A stretch of DNA of 64,000 nucleotides from Eledone cirrhosa (lineage: Eukaryota): the NCBI GenBank assembly GCA_964016885.1, contig OZ024743.1, positions 123,566,001 to 123,630,000 on the forward strand. The letters are read 5' to 3'. The notes below the pieces were generated by a model. It made no database searches. It was not told where the DNA came from and worked only from the letters and a program-made list of their open reading frames with translations. Both the position numbers and the translations under genes were made by a program. Shown in pieces: positions 53,202-64,000 of the stretch. Numbering within the stretch: position 1 is the first letter of the stretch; every line of letters starts with the position of its first letter.

Positions 53202-56194
53202 CGAGGGTCGGATGAAAAGTTCCTAGGTTGACCAAGATATTCTCATGGAGGTTTACTTCTCAACATAGTCACCCTTGCGGCCCACACACTTCTTCCATCA
53301 GTGTTGCAGTGCTTAGGTCCAATTGGTGAAGAAGCTTTCATCCTGTTGGTCAAAACGAGTCATCAACAATAAATATGACGTCATCATCACTGCAATACTG
53401 GTTCCAGCCAAGTGTTTTTCATTTTGGGGAACAGATAATAACACTAAGTGTCATTTCCTGGTTTGATATATCCCATTATTATAAAAAAAAACACTATTAT
53501 TCAATCAAAAGTTTTGGTTTGTGGTCAGGAGTTTGATATTTAGAAATTTTCATATTTTTCAAGAAAAAAACACATTTTTTTTTAATTTATCAGTTCATAT
53601 AATTAAATCATCAGAGTATATATTTTTTTTATTACACAAGCTTATCAAAAGCAAACAAGTAAAAACAAATAACACTTTAAAGGCAACTTATACACGTGAA
53701 AAATGACTGGATTTCCTGGATTTGCGGTTGTAGTCCAGGTCGCATTCCGGCACTAGCCCCCAGATATAGTCTACAAAATAATTTTTCATTGCAGTGGCCC
53801 TGGTACCTCCGCTTTATCTCTTTCACATCTTGGTGGAATCGTTCGCCTTGTTCTTCTGAGTAGGCGCCCATATTGTCCTTGAATTTTTCCAGGTGAGCGT
53901 CCAGCATATGGAGTTTAAGCGACATCCTGCATCCATGGCGCCAAAAGCCTTTATCAGATCCTGCACCAGCTACGGGTAGTTTTCAGCTCTGTAGTTGCCC
54001 AGGAATCCCTTAACAACTGCTTTGAAACAGTTCCATGCTGTTCTCTCAATCCTATTGAGCTTATTGGAGAACTCGGTAGACTCAAACACCTTCTTTATCT
54101 GAGGTCCAACAAATATTCCACCTTTGTTTGGCCTCAGATAACTTGGGGAAAATTCAAGAAGTTACTTAAAAGCGGCTGATTCTTGGTTGAGAGCCTTCAC
54201 AAACTGCTTCATCAACCCCAACTTAATGTGCAGTGGCGGCATGAGCACAATCCTGGGATCAACCAGTGGCTCCCACATGACGTTCCGGGTCCCAACTACA
54301 AATTCTGTTCGCTGCTCCCAGTTCTTTCTTTTGTAGTGGTCAGAGGTGGCTCTGCTGTCCCAGAGGCAGAGGAAGCATTGTAATTTGATAAAGGCTCCTT
54401 GGAGTCCAAGCAGGAAAGCCACCATCTTGAAGACTCCAATGATTTCCTAATTATACTGGTTGTATTGCAGAGCTTCCAAGAGGACTTTCACACTGTAGTA
54501 ATCTTCCTTCAGGTAGACTGAATGAGCTAGGGGCAGTGTCGGGAACTTGTTTCCATTGTGGAGGAGGACAGCCTTCAGACTTGTGGTAGAGCTGTCTATA
54601 AATAACCGCCACTCCTTGGGCACAAACGGCACCCCAATAACGTCAAACAGTCCAGACACGTCATGGCAGAAGCAGAGGCCATCTCTAAGAGTGTAAAAGC
54701 CTTAGAAAGGTTCGTGTCGACTACTCTGACTTGTCACCTTCACTTCCTCCTTGACCAAGTTCCACTGCTTCATCCTGGAGACGAATGCTTAAAACACAAC
54801 TTAGCCTTTATTCAGGGTGCGAAAATCCAGTATCAATAAATCTCTTTAAACCACTTTTTAACAATTGTATACTTTATTGCACTTTTATAATTTTCTTTGG
54901 GTATTACTCTTTATTTTATAATTTTAATTTAATCTGAAATATATATTTAAAAAAATCATTTAACATAAGCAAATTAAACTTACATACAACGTAAAATCCA
55001 GCATACAAATAATTCTAGTGAATAGCTTAGAATTTTTACAAACCCAAACTTTTAACTGTTTAATAGCACTTTTTTTATTTATTTCAGACCTAAGCAACAC
55101 AAAAAAGTGATTACAAGCCAGGAACAGAGAAACAATTTTTTTTATTACACGGTGTAATTAGATGGGACCAAATTAGGAAAATAAGAAAGATTATCAACCA
55201 GTTTAAAGCCATTTTCCCGCATAGCAGCCATTGAAACCAATGACTTGTGTGCTGGAACATTGTCCTGGTGGAATTAGACCACTTTTGTCAGTTTTCTTGG
55301 GCATTTGGTATTGATAGCATACCGGAACTGCCCCAGCAAGTTGACACAGTACTCTCCATTCATGGTGTGGCCCTTTTGAAGATAGTCAATAAACACAGTC
55401 CATTTTGACACCAAAACAACTGAGGCCATGATCTTCCCTGCAGATGAAAGGACCTTCGCTTTCTTTGGAGCGGATGAGGAGGAGTATTTCTACTGCATGG
55501 ATTGTCTCTGTTTCTCTGGCTCGAAGTGATGAAGCCACCACTCATCCTGGATTAGGAAACGTTCAAGGAAACCACATAGATCTGGCTCTATCAATATTAG
55601 ATTTTCCCGTGATGTGATCAGTCTGGTGCGTTTTTGATCAGATATTAGAAGATGTGGCAATCACCGGGCAGGCATTTTCGTCATACCAAGTTCATTGGTC
55701 AAAATATTCTCAACTCTCACAAGATATGCTAATAGTATTGACTATTAGATTTATAGTCAATCACCTGTCATCCATCACCATGTGGTGAACACGATCAACG
55801 TTTTCCTTGGAGGTGGGAGTTGCAGGATGTCCAGACCTTAGATCATCTTCAAGACTCTCCATTCCCCTCCTAAATTAAGCTGCCCACTTTTGCACTGATG
55901 ATAAAGCTAGAGTGTCATTCTTAGATGTAGCAACCATCTCAGCATCAATGTCCTTGTTGAAGGCTAAACCCTTTTTCTGCAGGTACTTAATAACACCACG
56001 ATACCACATTTTGTCCATTTTGAAGAGAGGTCGCTACTAGTTACTTTTGAAGTTCCATTTAAACACTCAGATATCATCTTACCAAGAAAGAAACAATACA
56101 GTTAATAACAAGAGTTTTAATTAATGTATGCAAGGTTTCACGGCTCTAGCACCCTCCTTCATAGTCAGCCAATGAACTTTTCAGCCCACCGTTG
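53202..56194 (-). mobile_element. Degenerate mariner transposon, interrupted by a nested insertion
   Basis: TIRs cgagggtcggatgaaaagttc / gaacttttcagcccaccgttg flanked by TA; MDKMWYRGVIKYL...SLEDDLRSGHP HTH region at ~55800-56020. Confidence 0.88.
53442..55154 (-). mobile_element. Chapaev-type (CMC, Chapaev3-like) DNA transposon, degenerate
   Basis: EWRLFIDSS..SLKAVLLHNGN, CFLCLWDSR, PPLHIKLGLMKQFVKAL, SEEQGERFHQD; CAC...GTG termini with TAA on both sides. Confidence 0.8.
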
Positions 56195-57249
56195 TATACA
56201 CACACACACACATATATATATATACTTGGATATATATTAAGAAATTCAACTATAAATATATAATCGTCATATTTTTTTCAATGTGAATGAATAAATTACC
56301 AATATGTGTTACTGTAAATGGTCAGACATGGCTTATCTTCTCTTTGATGTGACGTCACGCGTCACTAGAACCTGAAAACTGCTACAGTCATTTGCAACCA
56401 ACAACTGAAGATAGTGTAACGCCATATTGATCTTTCCATATCAGGGGGCGAACGCCCGCTAACGACACGGTACCACGCCAAATTACGTAATGTATACTAT
56501 CATTACCTAATACTCTGCACATGGTTATTCTTTTTTGGGGAACGCTACCAGCCGGTCGGAACAGCAGAAACTAATGCATCGGTCTGAGTATCTCAATATT
56601 TCTACCCACACGAAGTCTTTTTCCTCACTGAGTAACGTATGTGTGCACTGTAACCAGTAGGGTTGGAATTTTAATAATTGGTTATTGACTGAGTGGGTAA
56701 ACAGCCACGGCTACGTCTACTCTGTTCGACAAGCTTCTTCTAATAATTATATATATATATATATACCTGGATTGTGTATCCTTGAGATATAAATTACACA
56801 TTAAATATCCTAATCAGGAAGCGAAATCAATATATGAAGTCTCACCCTGTCTTTATACTGCCAACATCTGCCAAAATCATTTATTTTCTCTTTATTTCAG
56901 CATTAATGGATGGATTAAATTTTATTAGAATCTATTTTTGACATGAAATAGATGGCGTTTCAGAGCCAGAAAATGAAGCGAATATTTTTCTAAGATTTGT
57001 ACTACTAAAAAAAAAGAAAGAAAAGAAAAAAGGAACCTCAAATGTTACATGAAATAATAAATTGCTGTTAGCTCTCCGCTTTTTCCGATGACCAGTGCTC
57101 CAAATAATTCAATAAATGGAGCTGCCTGTTCGGAAAATTAATGGATAAGTAGTTGACCTGCCATCCTCTAAAAATCCAAATGAGGAGTAACATGAAAAAA
57201 CTACCCAAAATGGGGAGAAATGAGGCAAAATGAGGAGATTTTATATAAT

Positions 57250-57452
57250 TGTTTCTACTTTAGGCAAAAGGCCAGCAATTATTCCAGTGTATTACTGGTA
57301 CTTTATTTTATCGACCCCGTAAAGATGAAAGGCAAAGTTAACCTCGGCGGGATTTGAACTCAGTCCGTAAAGGGACGTAACTGTGCTGCAAAGCATGGCG
57401 TCCGACCCTCTATCGATACTGCCAATCCACCGCCCTTGCCAATCCACCACCC
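57250..57452 (-). mobile_element. Full SINE copy with 18-bp TSD
   Basis: gaggagattttatataat at 57232-57249 and 57453-57470. Confidence 0.9.
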
Positions 57453-57789
57453 GAGGAGATTTTATATAATGAAAGCTATACATATTTTCACAAGATAAGA
57501 CCTCTCTCATCCACCCCAAATTGGGTGGGAGATTTCTCCGTTGTACGGGGAGAGTTGACAGGTCTGCATTCCGCAGACATGTGCATCTAGAGAGATTCGG
57601 CGTGGAAATGCGTGATAAGGCACATTGACAACTCATTTTTGTTCAAAAGCACAGTGCCATAACCACTAAGACTCGCGCATATATGCAAAATATTAAATAA
57701 CAATAAATGTAAGCATACTTTGATATGCAATATATTTCCGTTGTTTATCACACTGTTGCTAAAACCTGCTTCATATCATATACTTTTGT

Positions 57790-58002
57790 CTCGACATTGG
57801 CACAAGTCCAGCAATTTGAAGGGAAAGGAAAAGTCGATTAAATCGAATCCAGTATGTTAGTGGTACTTTATTTTATCAACACCATAAGGATGAAAACCAA
57901 AGCTAACCTCGGTGGGATTTGAACTCATAACGCAAAGGGTCGTAACTATATGCCACAAAGCATTTTATCCGATGCTTTACCAATACTGCCCCTCCATCCC
58001 CT
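57790..58002 (-). mobile_element. SINE copy (older subfamily)
   Basis: Core motifs present. Confidence 0.75.
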
Positions 58003-58639
58003 CAAGTACAAATATCATAATAAAATATATATATGTATAGCTATTTATCAACTTTTCAATAATTTTACTTCTTTAAAGTAGGAGTGCATCGTATATTCCG
58101 TAAAATACGATAGATGTCATTATATGTATAGGTATTCGTACGTCTGCGTTTGTGTATGTATATTTGTGCTACGATATGCATGCATAGGTTTGTGAGTATA
58201 CAGTGGAATTAATTATTGTAATGTTCTGGGGTTATGAAAGAATGTTAAGCTGGCATAATATCGTTGAAGTTGACTTGATATGTGGAATTCCAATATAATG
58301 TAGTTGAGAAGTTTGACGTACTGCCTTTATTATTTTATGATTCACTCAGACGAATATGTTAAGAAATTCAAAGCCGTAACTTTTCCGGCAAATAATTGTT
58401 TGTATTTGTGTTTTGTTGCTCTGTTTTTGTTTTCCTTGTTTTCTTAAATTCCGCAGGGACTTGTATGCGGCACTTCAGCGTTTCAGCCGTTCCACCAAAT
58501 TAACATTTGAAATTAAACTTGAAATTAGTGATTATTATACATTCGATGTAGGTCCAAACACAGAGCTTATGGTTCCTCGTTGTACTTCCGATCATAACAT
58601 TGTTCTATCCATCACCGTAAAAATATTCTCGTCAAACTT

Positions 58640-59247
58640 TTTAATCTCTTCCTCTCTCCAGAGATACACCCTGATCTTCGGAAATATACCACGTGTCCCA
58701 TTCCTAAGAAGGGCAAACACTCTGACACTAACAATTATTATCCTATCACCCTCACTTCCTATATCTCAAAGCCAATGGAGAGAGTCATTAATAATTGTTT
58801 CTACTTTTGGCACAAGGTCAGCAATTATACCAATACATTACTGGTACTTTATTTTATCGACCCCGTAAGGATAAACGGCAAAGTGAACCTCGGCGGGATT
58901 TGAACTCATTAATAATTGTTTCTGCTTTTGGCACAAGGCCAGCAATTAATCAGCGCATTACTGGTACTTTTAATAATTGTTTCTACTTTTTGGCACAAGG
59001 CCAGCAATTACCCAGTGCATTACTGGTACTTTATTTTATCGACCCCGTAAGGATGAAAGGCAAAGTTAACCTCGGCGGGATTTGAACTCAGATCATAAAG
59101 GGACGTAACTCTATGCTTCAAAGCATGGTGTTCGACTCTCTACCGATACTGCCAATCCACTGGTACTTTTAATAATGATGTCCTTCTACACTTTGAATTT
59201 CTCTTTCTTCTCGCTCTCTCTCTATCTCGCTCTCTCTCTCTCTCTCA

Positions 59248-59302
<55 letters not shown>

Positions 59303-59435
59303 CCTCTCCTTTTCCTTCTGTCACTCTCTCTCACTCATCCGCTCACCCTTTCTCTGTGCTCTCAGCCTAAAGAAATTTGGCGAAAACAATGTTGTAATAG
59401 ACATAAACAAAGCTTTAGAACATGTCTGGTATTTC
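58640..59435 (+). pseudogene. Jockey/I-like RT remnants split by SINEs and (CT)n
   Basis: PIPKKGKHSDTNNYYPITLTSYISKPMERVI (~58695-58790) and SLKKFGENNVVIDINKALEHVW (~59363-59432). Confidence 0.6.
58790..59175 (-). mobile_element. Cluster of three tandem SINE 3' ends (one full, two truncated)
   Basis: taataattgtttct restarts at ~58790, ~58910 and ~58971. Confidence 0.85.
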
Positions 59436-59459
59436 TCCTTCAATGTACATTTCCAAACT

Positions 59460-59820
59460 ATGGTGACGGTAAGCTCCCAGGCGTGTTACCTTTTTTCCTG
59501 TTCGAGGAGTGTATGTCTCCGAATCACCACATGCTGCGACACGTTCTCAGGCTCCAACTTTCTCTCTTCGACTACAAACCTGGGCCTACCTCCCGTAATG
59601 CAGGACAGCGGAAGATATCCCAATACAATGATTTGATCGACAGCTTCCTTATCATGCTGGCCGTCGTCGGAAGCTCCAGTGTCTTCGGTCCCCGGACTGC
59701 CATTTTTTACCGCAAAATCGGGATATGTGCATCCTACCTAAGGAAGGAGCCTAATAAGGTAGAATGGCTGATGCTGCAGGTGCCGCTGGCTGTTGTCTCC
59801 GTCGCACTGCTTTTGACACC
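59460..59820 (+). pseudogene. CRE-like RLE LINE C-terminal remnant
   Basis: GDGKLPG (~GDGKRPDG), TCCDTF, RKISQYNDL, SSVFGP, EPNKVEWL..LAVV. Confidence 0.6.
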
Positions 59821-59938
59821 TTGTTCGAGTAGCGCGGCTGAGATATACCGCCTTGCTTGGGTTGCAGAGTTTGTCTCTTCCTTTCCCTCTTCACCATTTT
59901 TCATGAGTTTTTTTTCCGGTTTATTATTGTAAGTCTTT

Positions 59939-60128
59939 GGCGGTGGATTGGCAGTATCGGTAGAGGGTCGGACACTATGCTTTGACGCATAGAGTTACGC
60001 CCCTTGCCATTCTGAGTTCAAATCGCGCCGAGGTTAACTTTGCCTTTCATCCTTACGGGGTCGATAAAATAAAGTACCAGTAATGTACTGGGTAATTGCT
60101 GGCCTTGTGCCAAAAGTAGAAACAATTA
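59939..60128 (+). mobile_element. Full SINE copy with Pol III A and B boxes
   Basis: tggcagtatcgg (A box), gagttcaaatc (B box), core and 3' end; taagtcttt on both flanks. Confidence 0.9.
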
Positions 60129-61741
60129 TTTTAAGTCTTTAGATAAATTAGATGTGTGTGCTCACGCTTCAGTTTCACGGATATGTAACACAAATTTAGC
60201 AGCTTCACAATCTACATAATGAATTTTGTTTGATTTTTGTGTTTTTGTTGTCTAGCCACATATTAAGTAGACATATTGATCAAGGACATTCATGTCAATC
60301 CCTACGTATGGTTTTGTTTCTTTTTTTTTTTTCTTTCTTTGATTTTTCTTTCTTTTTGTTTAAATAGTGTAGCCCTGACTATCCAATGTGCCGCTCGATT
60401 TTTAAAAATAGTAAGGTCTGTTTTAAAAAATATTTGTTTGCTATTTCTCGCAGATCGAACGACCATGTAAAATCTCCCTCGTTGTTTGATTCAAATTTAA
60501 AGGGTGTGAAAATATCGATTTCTTTCGACTTAGTTTATTGTTAGTTGGTTAAAACAATTGACACCAACAACAAACACTTTTTTTATATTCAGGCAAAATT
60601 CACACTTTTTAAGATATTTGGTTTTTAAAGGCAGTGTAATGGTGCCTGGAAGAATTTTTAGATGTTATCTTCATCAGAAGAGTGGCATACGTGTATTCAA
60701 ATATCCTGTCTTAAATGAAGTGACAGTGCTATTAATAACATACTTATATTTTGACTTCAAGAAAAACAAATATGAACTGTTTTCTACAAGGTTTAACAGT
60801 ATAATTGAAGAAAATTGTTTAAACCTGGAAATCAAAACTGGTTTTTTCAGTTGATTAAGATTTATTAATAAGTAGCTCTCCGTAATCGATTTGAATTTTA
60901 TTTATTTAGATATTTATTTCTACTCATTTTATTTATGTATTTTGTTGATTATGTGCCATTTTAAATATAGATGTTATTATTGATATTTGATATAATATAG
61001 AAGATATAATATAGTTGTGGGGTCATACATATCTTACCATAGTATAATTTATGCCTTAAATATTTCAGTTTAAGTAAATATATGTATTATGAAACTTAAT
61101 ATTTACCATATTGTACTGTGAACTCAATTCTCTATGGATGTATAAGATATTTATGCAAGTCGTCACACTTGACTAGCAGTAACACTGATATCCGTTCTTT
61201 TACATTTGGTTTAAAGAACTTATAGCTTAGGTTCACTAAATCACTCAGTTGGTGGTTTCATATTGTGTGTGTGAGTTCTCATGAATGCAGAAAGTTATCC
61301 AGTACATTTACTGCTGTTAAACTTCCTGTATTAGCCTTTCCGGTGACGCTGCAAATTTTAGGATAACCTCTTGACTTTTCAAAGACAACTGATAAAATTT
61401 GAAACATCTGCAAATGCAGTAGTAAAAGTCAATGAATTAATAACCAAACTATATTTTTTGTTGACTAGTACTCCACAATCATATATGCCGTCTCAAGAGT
61501 TCCACTTCCTATTTAACAGATGTTTCTGTTATCGTTGGTGCGATGGTTTTAGACAAAGACCTTAATTAACATGAGTGGCAGCGTATAAAACTTATTTTTA
61601 TTTGGAATTTTTTAGTCAGTGATAGAATTTCAAAGCTTTTATTGAAACAGTTCTATTCTATAATAGTGTAGCTTGAACAATAAATAATATTTATTATTGT
61701 ACTGTATTATTCTCCTATGTTATTTTTCCTTGTTGACTTTT

Positions 61742-61810
<69 letters not shown>

Positions 61811-61813
<3 letters not shown>

Positions 61814-62320
61814 TTTTGCGAGGTTTTTGATATGAAATCGTGTATCGAAACAAATATTGTTATACTTGGGGAGGGTGATATTTGTGTAATAATATTGCCA
61901 GAATTAATAACAGAACACACTCACTGTTTGGTTGGTTTTCGCTTCTGTGTCTTTTATATCGGTTAATTTAATTTATTCGGTCCTCAGTGTTACTATTGAC
62001 TGACCAACGGTCAAAAATACAGATATAATATAGACACAAACACATATATATAGTCTAACAAAGTTCTTTCGTTGCACATCTGCAACATCGTCAGTGGTGC
62101 TATTATGTTTCATCCTGTTGTATTGTATGCCTACGCCATCTTGTTAGACTATATATATGTGTTTGTGTCTATATTATATCTGTATTTTTTACCGTTGGTC
62201 AGTCAACGGTAACATTGATGACCGAATAAATTAAATTAACCGATATAAAAGACACAGAAGCGAAAACCAACCAAATAGTGAGTGTGTTCTGCTATTAATT
62301 TTGGCAATATTATTACACAA
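61811..62320. mobile_element. Fold-back mini-element (180-bp arms), HHR-like core in the spacer, between (TA)n
   Basis: Arms 61882-62061 and 62141-62320; same family as 2747-3048. Confidence 0.8.
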
Positions 62321-62674
62321 TATATATATATATATATATATATATACGTACATATATGTATGTGTGTGTTTGTTTGACACAGGCATCACTGAGTTGTTAA
62401 ACATCACCTTTCACAGTTTGGTTTCACAGTAAAGGAACTGAATATTGCTGTGGAATGTCTGTTGAGACGGCAAGACTGACTGGTGAATTACTGAAGAAAA
62501 TTGAACCTTACTTTCAGATGTATGTGTGGATCTGTCAGTGGCCAGCTTTTGGTACAGTGTGGGAGTTGATTGTCAATTCATGGCAATCCCATATGACGAT
62601 AAAACGATGGATTTCTACGGATTTGAAAATGAAATTCCAAATACTTACTACATAAGTATTTGGAATACTTACTT

Positions 62675-62862
62675 ACAACAATTTGTTGGGTGGGAAAAGT
62701 CGATTACATCGACTCCAGTGATTCGTTATTTATTTTATCGCCCTTTGAAGGATGAAAGGCAAAACTGACCTCGGCAGGATTTGAACTTAGAATGTAAAAA
62801 GCCAGAACCAATACTACGGAGCATTTTGTCCAATGCTCTAATGATTCTGCCCAACCACCACT
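62675..62862 (-). mobile_element. Diverged SINE copy
   Basis: gaaggatgaaaggcaaaactgacctcggcaggatttgaac. Confidence 0.75.
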
Positions 62863-62869
62863 CTTACTA

Positions 62870-63500
62870 CGTAATGAATTGAGTCGAAAGGAATTCGAGA
62901 GATGAGCGAGTGATGTGAGAAGAGGAAAAGTCGAGAGTTAGAGGTATGAATCAATGAGTTTGTATTACGCCGAAATAAAACTGTTGTGGTTATAGTCTTA
63001 GCGGTGTTATGGAATGAGTGAGAGAAGTTGTCGCGGGTGATAGAGTGATTCCAGATCATGGAATGTGCTGACAAAAGACATCCTGACAGTGAGTTCATTT
63101 CTAAAATGTAAATGGTGCTGATGATATAACCCATGAAATGATTAGCTTAACAAGAGCCGATCTTCGTACCTTCGTGGAATGTACCGGAGAAGGTGAAACA
63201 GTTCGAAGTAATGACACATTTCGCAAGATGGTGAAGGGGGTAGTGCAAGATTTAGGTGATGGTTGAAGGTTGAATAAATATTGAAGAACTATGAGTCCGT
63301 CGTAGTCGTGGATGATGGTGTACAGGGATTTCATATTGAGTAGTTAAGCTCATTGCTGGCATCCTTGGTACTGAGAAATTAAAGCAGTTTGCGTGGAGAT
63401 CGATGAGAAGGCTAAAAGCGGAAACGATTGAATGGCCATGATGTTTGGAAAGAAATTAGTGGATTTCAAGGAGGTATATTTGTGATAGAATTAGTAATGT
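62870..63500 (-). pseudogene. Possible highly degraded LINE RT remnant
   Basis: Only faint motif echoes (GTKIG ~ QGTKLG; LLIDL). Confidence 0.3.
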
Positions 63501-64000
63501 ATGGTGGAAAAGGTGATGGAGAAAGACATACGTGACTTAGTGTGTGAATCTTCGGTAGAAGTATTTAATATATTTCGAGCCCTTTTAAAAGAAATCAATT
63601 TTGGTTCTGGTTTCGTAATTGGCAATAGCAGATTTTCCGACATTTTCACACTATATCTTGATAAGATTTTCTTATTGTATGCTGCCATATATGTATTGCT
63701 TATATGCATTTTTACTTCTCACACGTTATGGATACAAAGAATTTGGTTTTTAAAATATAGTCTAAATGTGTTGATATCTTATAATATATTGCAACTTTGT
63801 GTGTGTGTGCCATTCCATCATTGAGGAAGTCTGGCGCCACTTGACTGACTTCACTTAACTGATTGGATTCTATGTCAGGTGTCAAATGATGGCTCCAGGC
63901 TCTTGGCCATTACTACTTAGACTGGTTTGATGCTACAGGCAACATAGTCAAGTATTCTTATAAGTCTTCCTAGTATGTTCTGATATCTTCCCACCCCTTT

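Noticed and set aside
60495-60860. Kolobok-like end (ttaaagggtgt)
   Set aside because: No matching second terminus was found.
62380-62768. ORFs 62455 and 62526 as host exons
   Set aside because: No recognisable domain; the second runs into a SINE.

Overview
Gene-poor, AT-rich animal DNA saturated with microsatellites and transposons. The repeat landscape suggests an octopus/cephalopod genome (inference). No intact host gene is supportable. Content: (1) one near full-length Tx1-clade LINE (32768-38807) inside an (ATT)n tract, a stack of four 5'-truncated Tx1 copies each bounded by (GATA)n (44087-50830), and one further 3' fragment; (2) R4/Dong-like, RTE, CRE-like, Jockey/I-like and Penelope-like (PLE) remnants; (3) a mariner interrupted by a Chapaev-type transposon, plus hAT and Tc1-type MITEs; (4) about 15 copies of a tRNA-derived SINE; (5) many short non-coding elements in (TA)n tracts that carry minimal type I hammerhead ribozyme (HHR) motifs, arranged as fold-backs, tandem arrays or terminal direct repeats (PLE pLTR / retrozyme-like). 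Two signals stand out: the HHR mini-element system, and the apparent partitioning of different microsatellites among different retroelement families. All structures were folded and aligned by eye; no searches were run.
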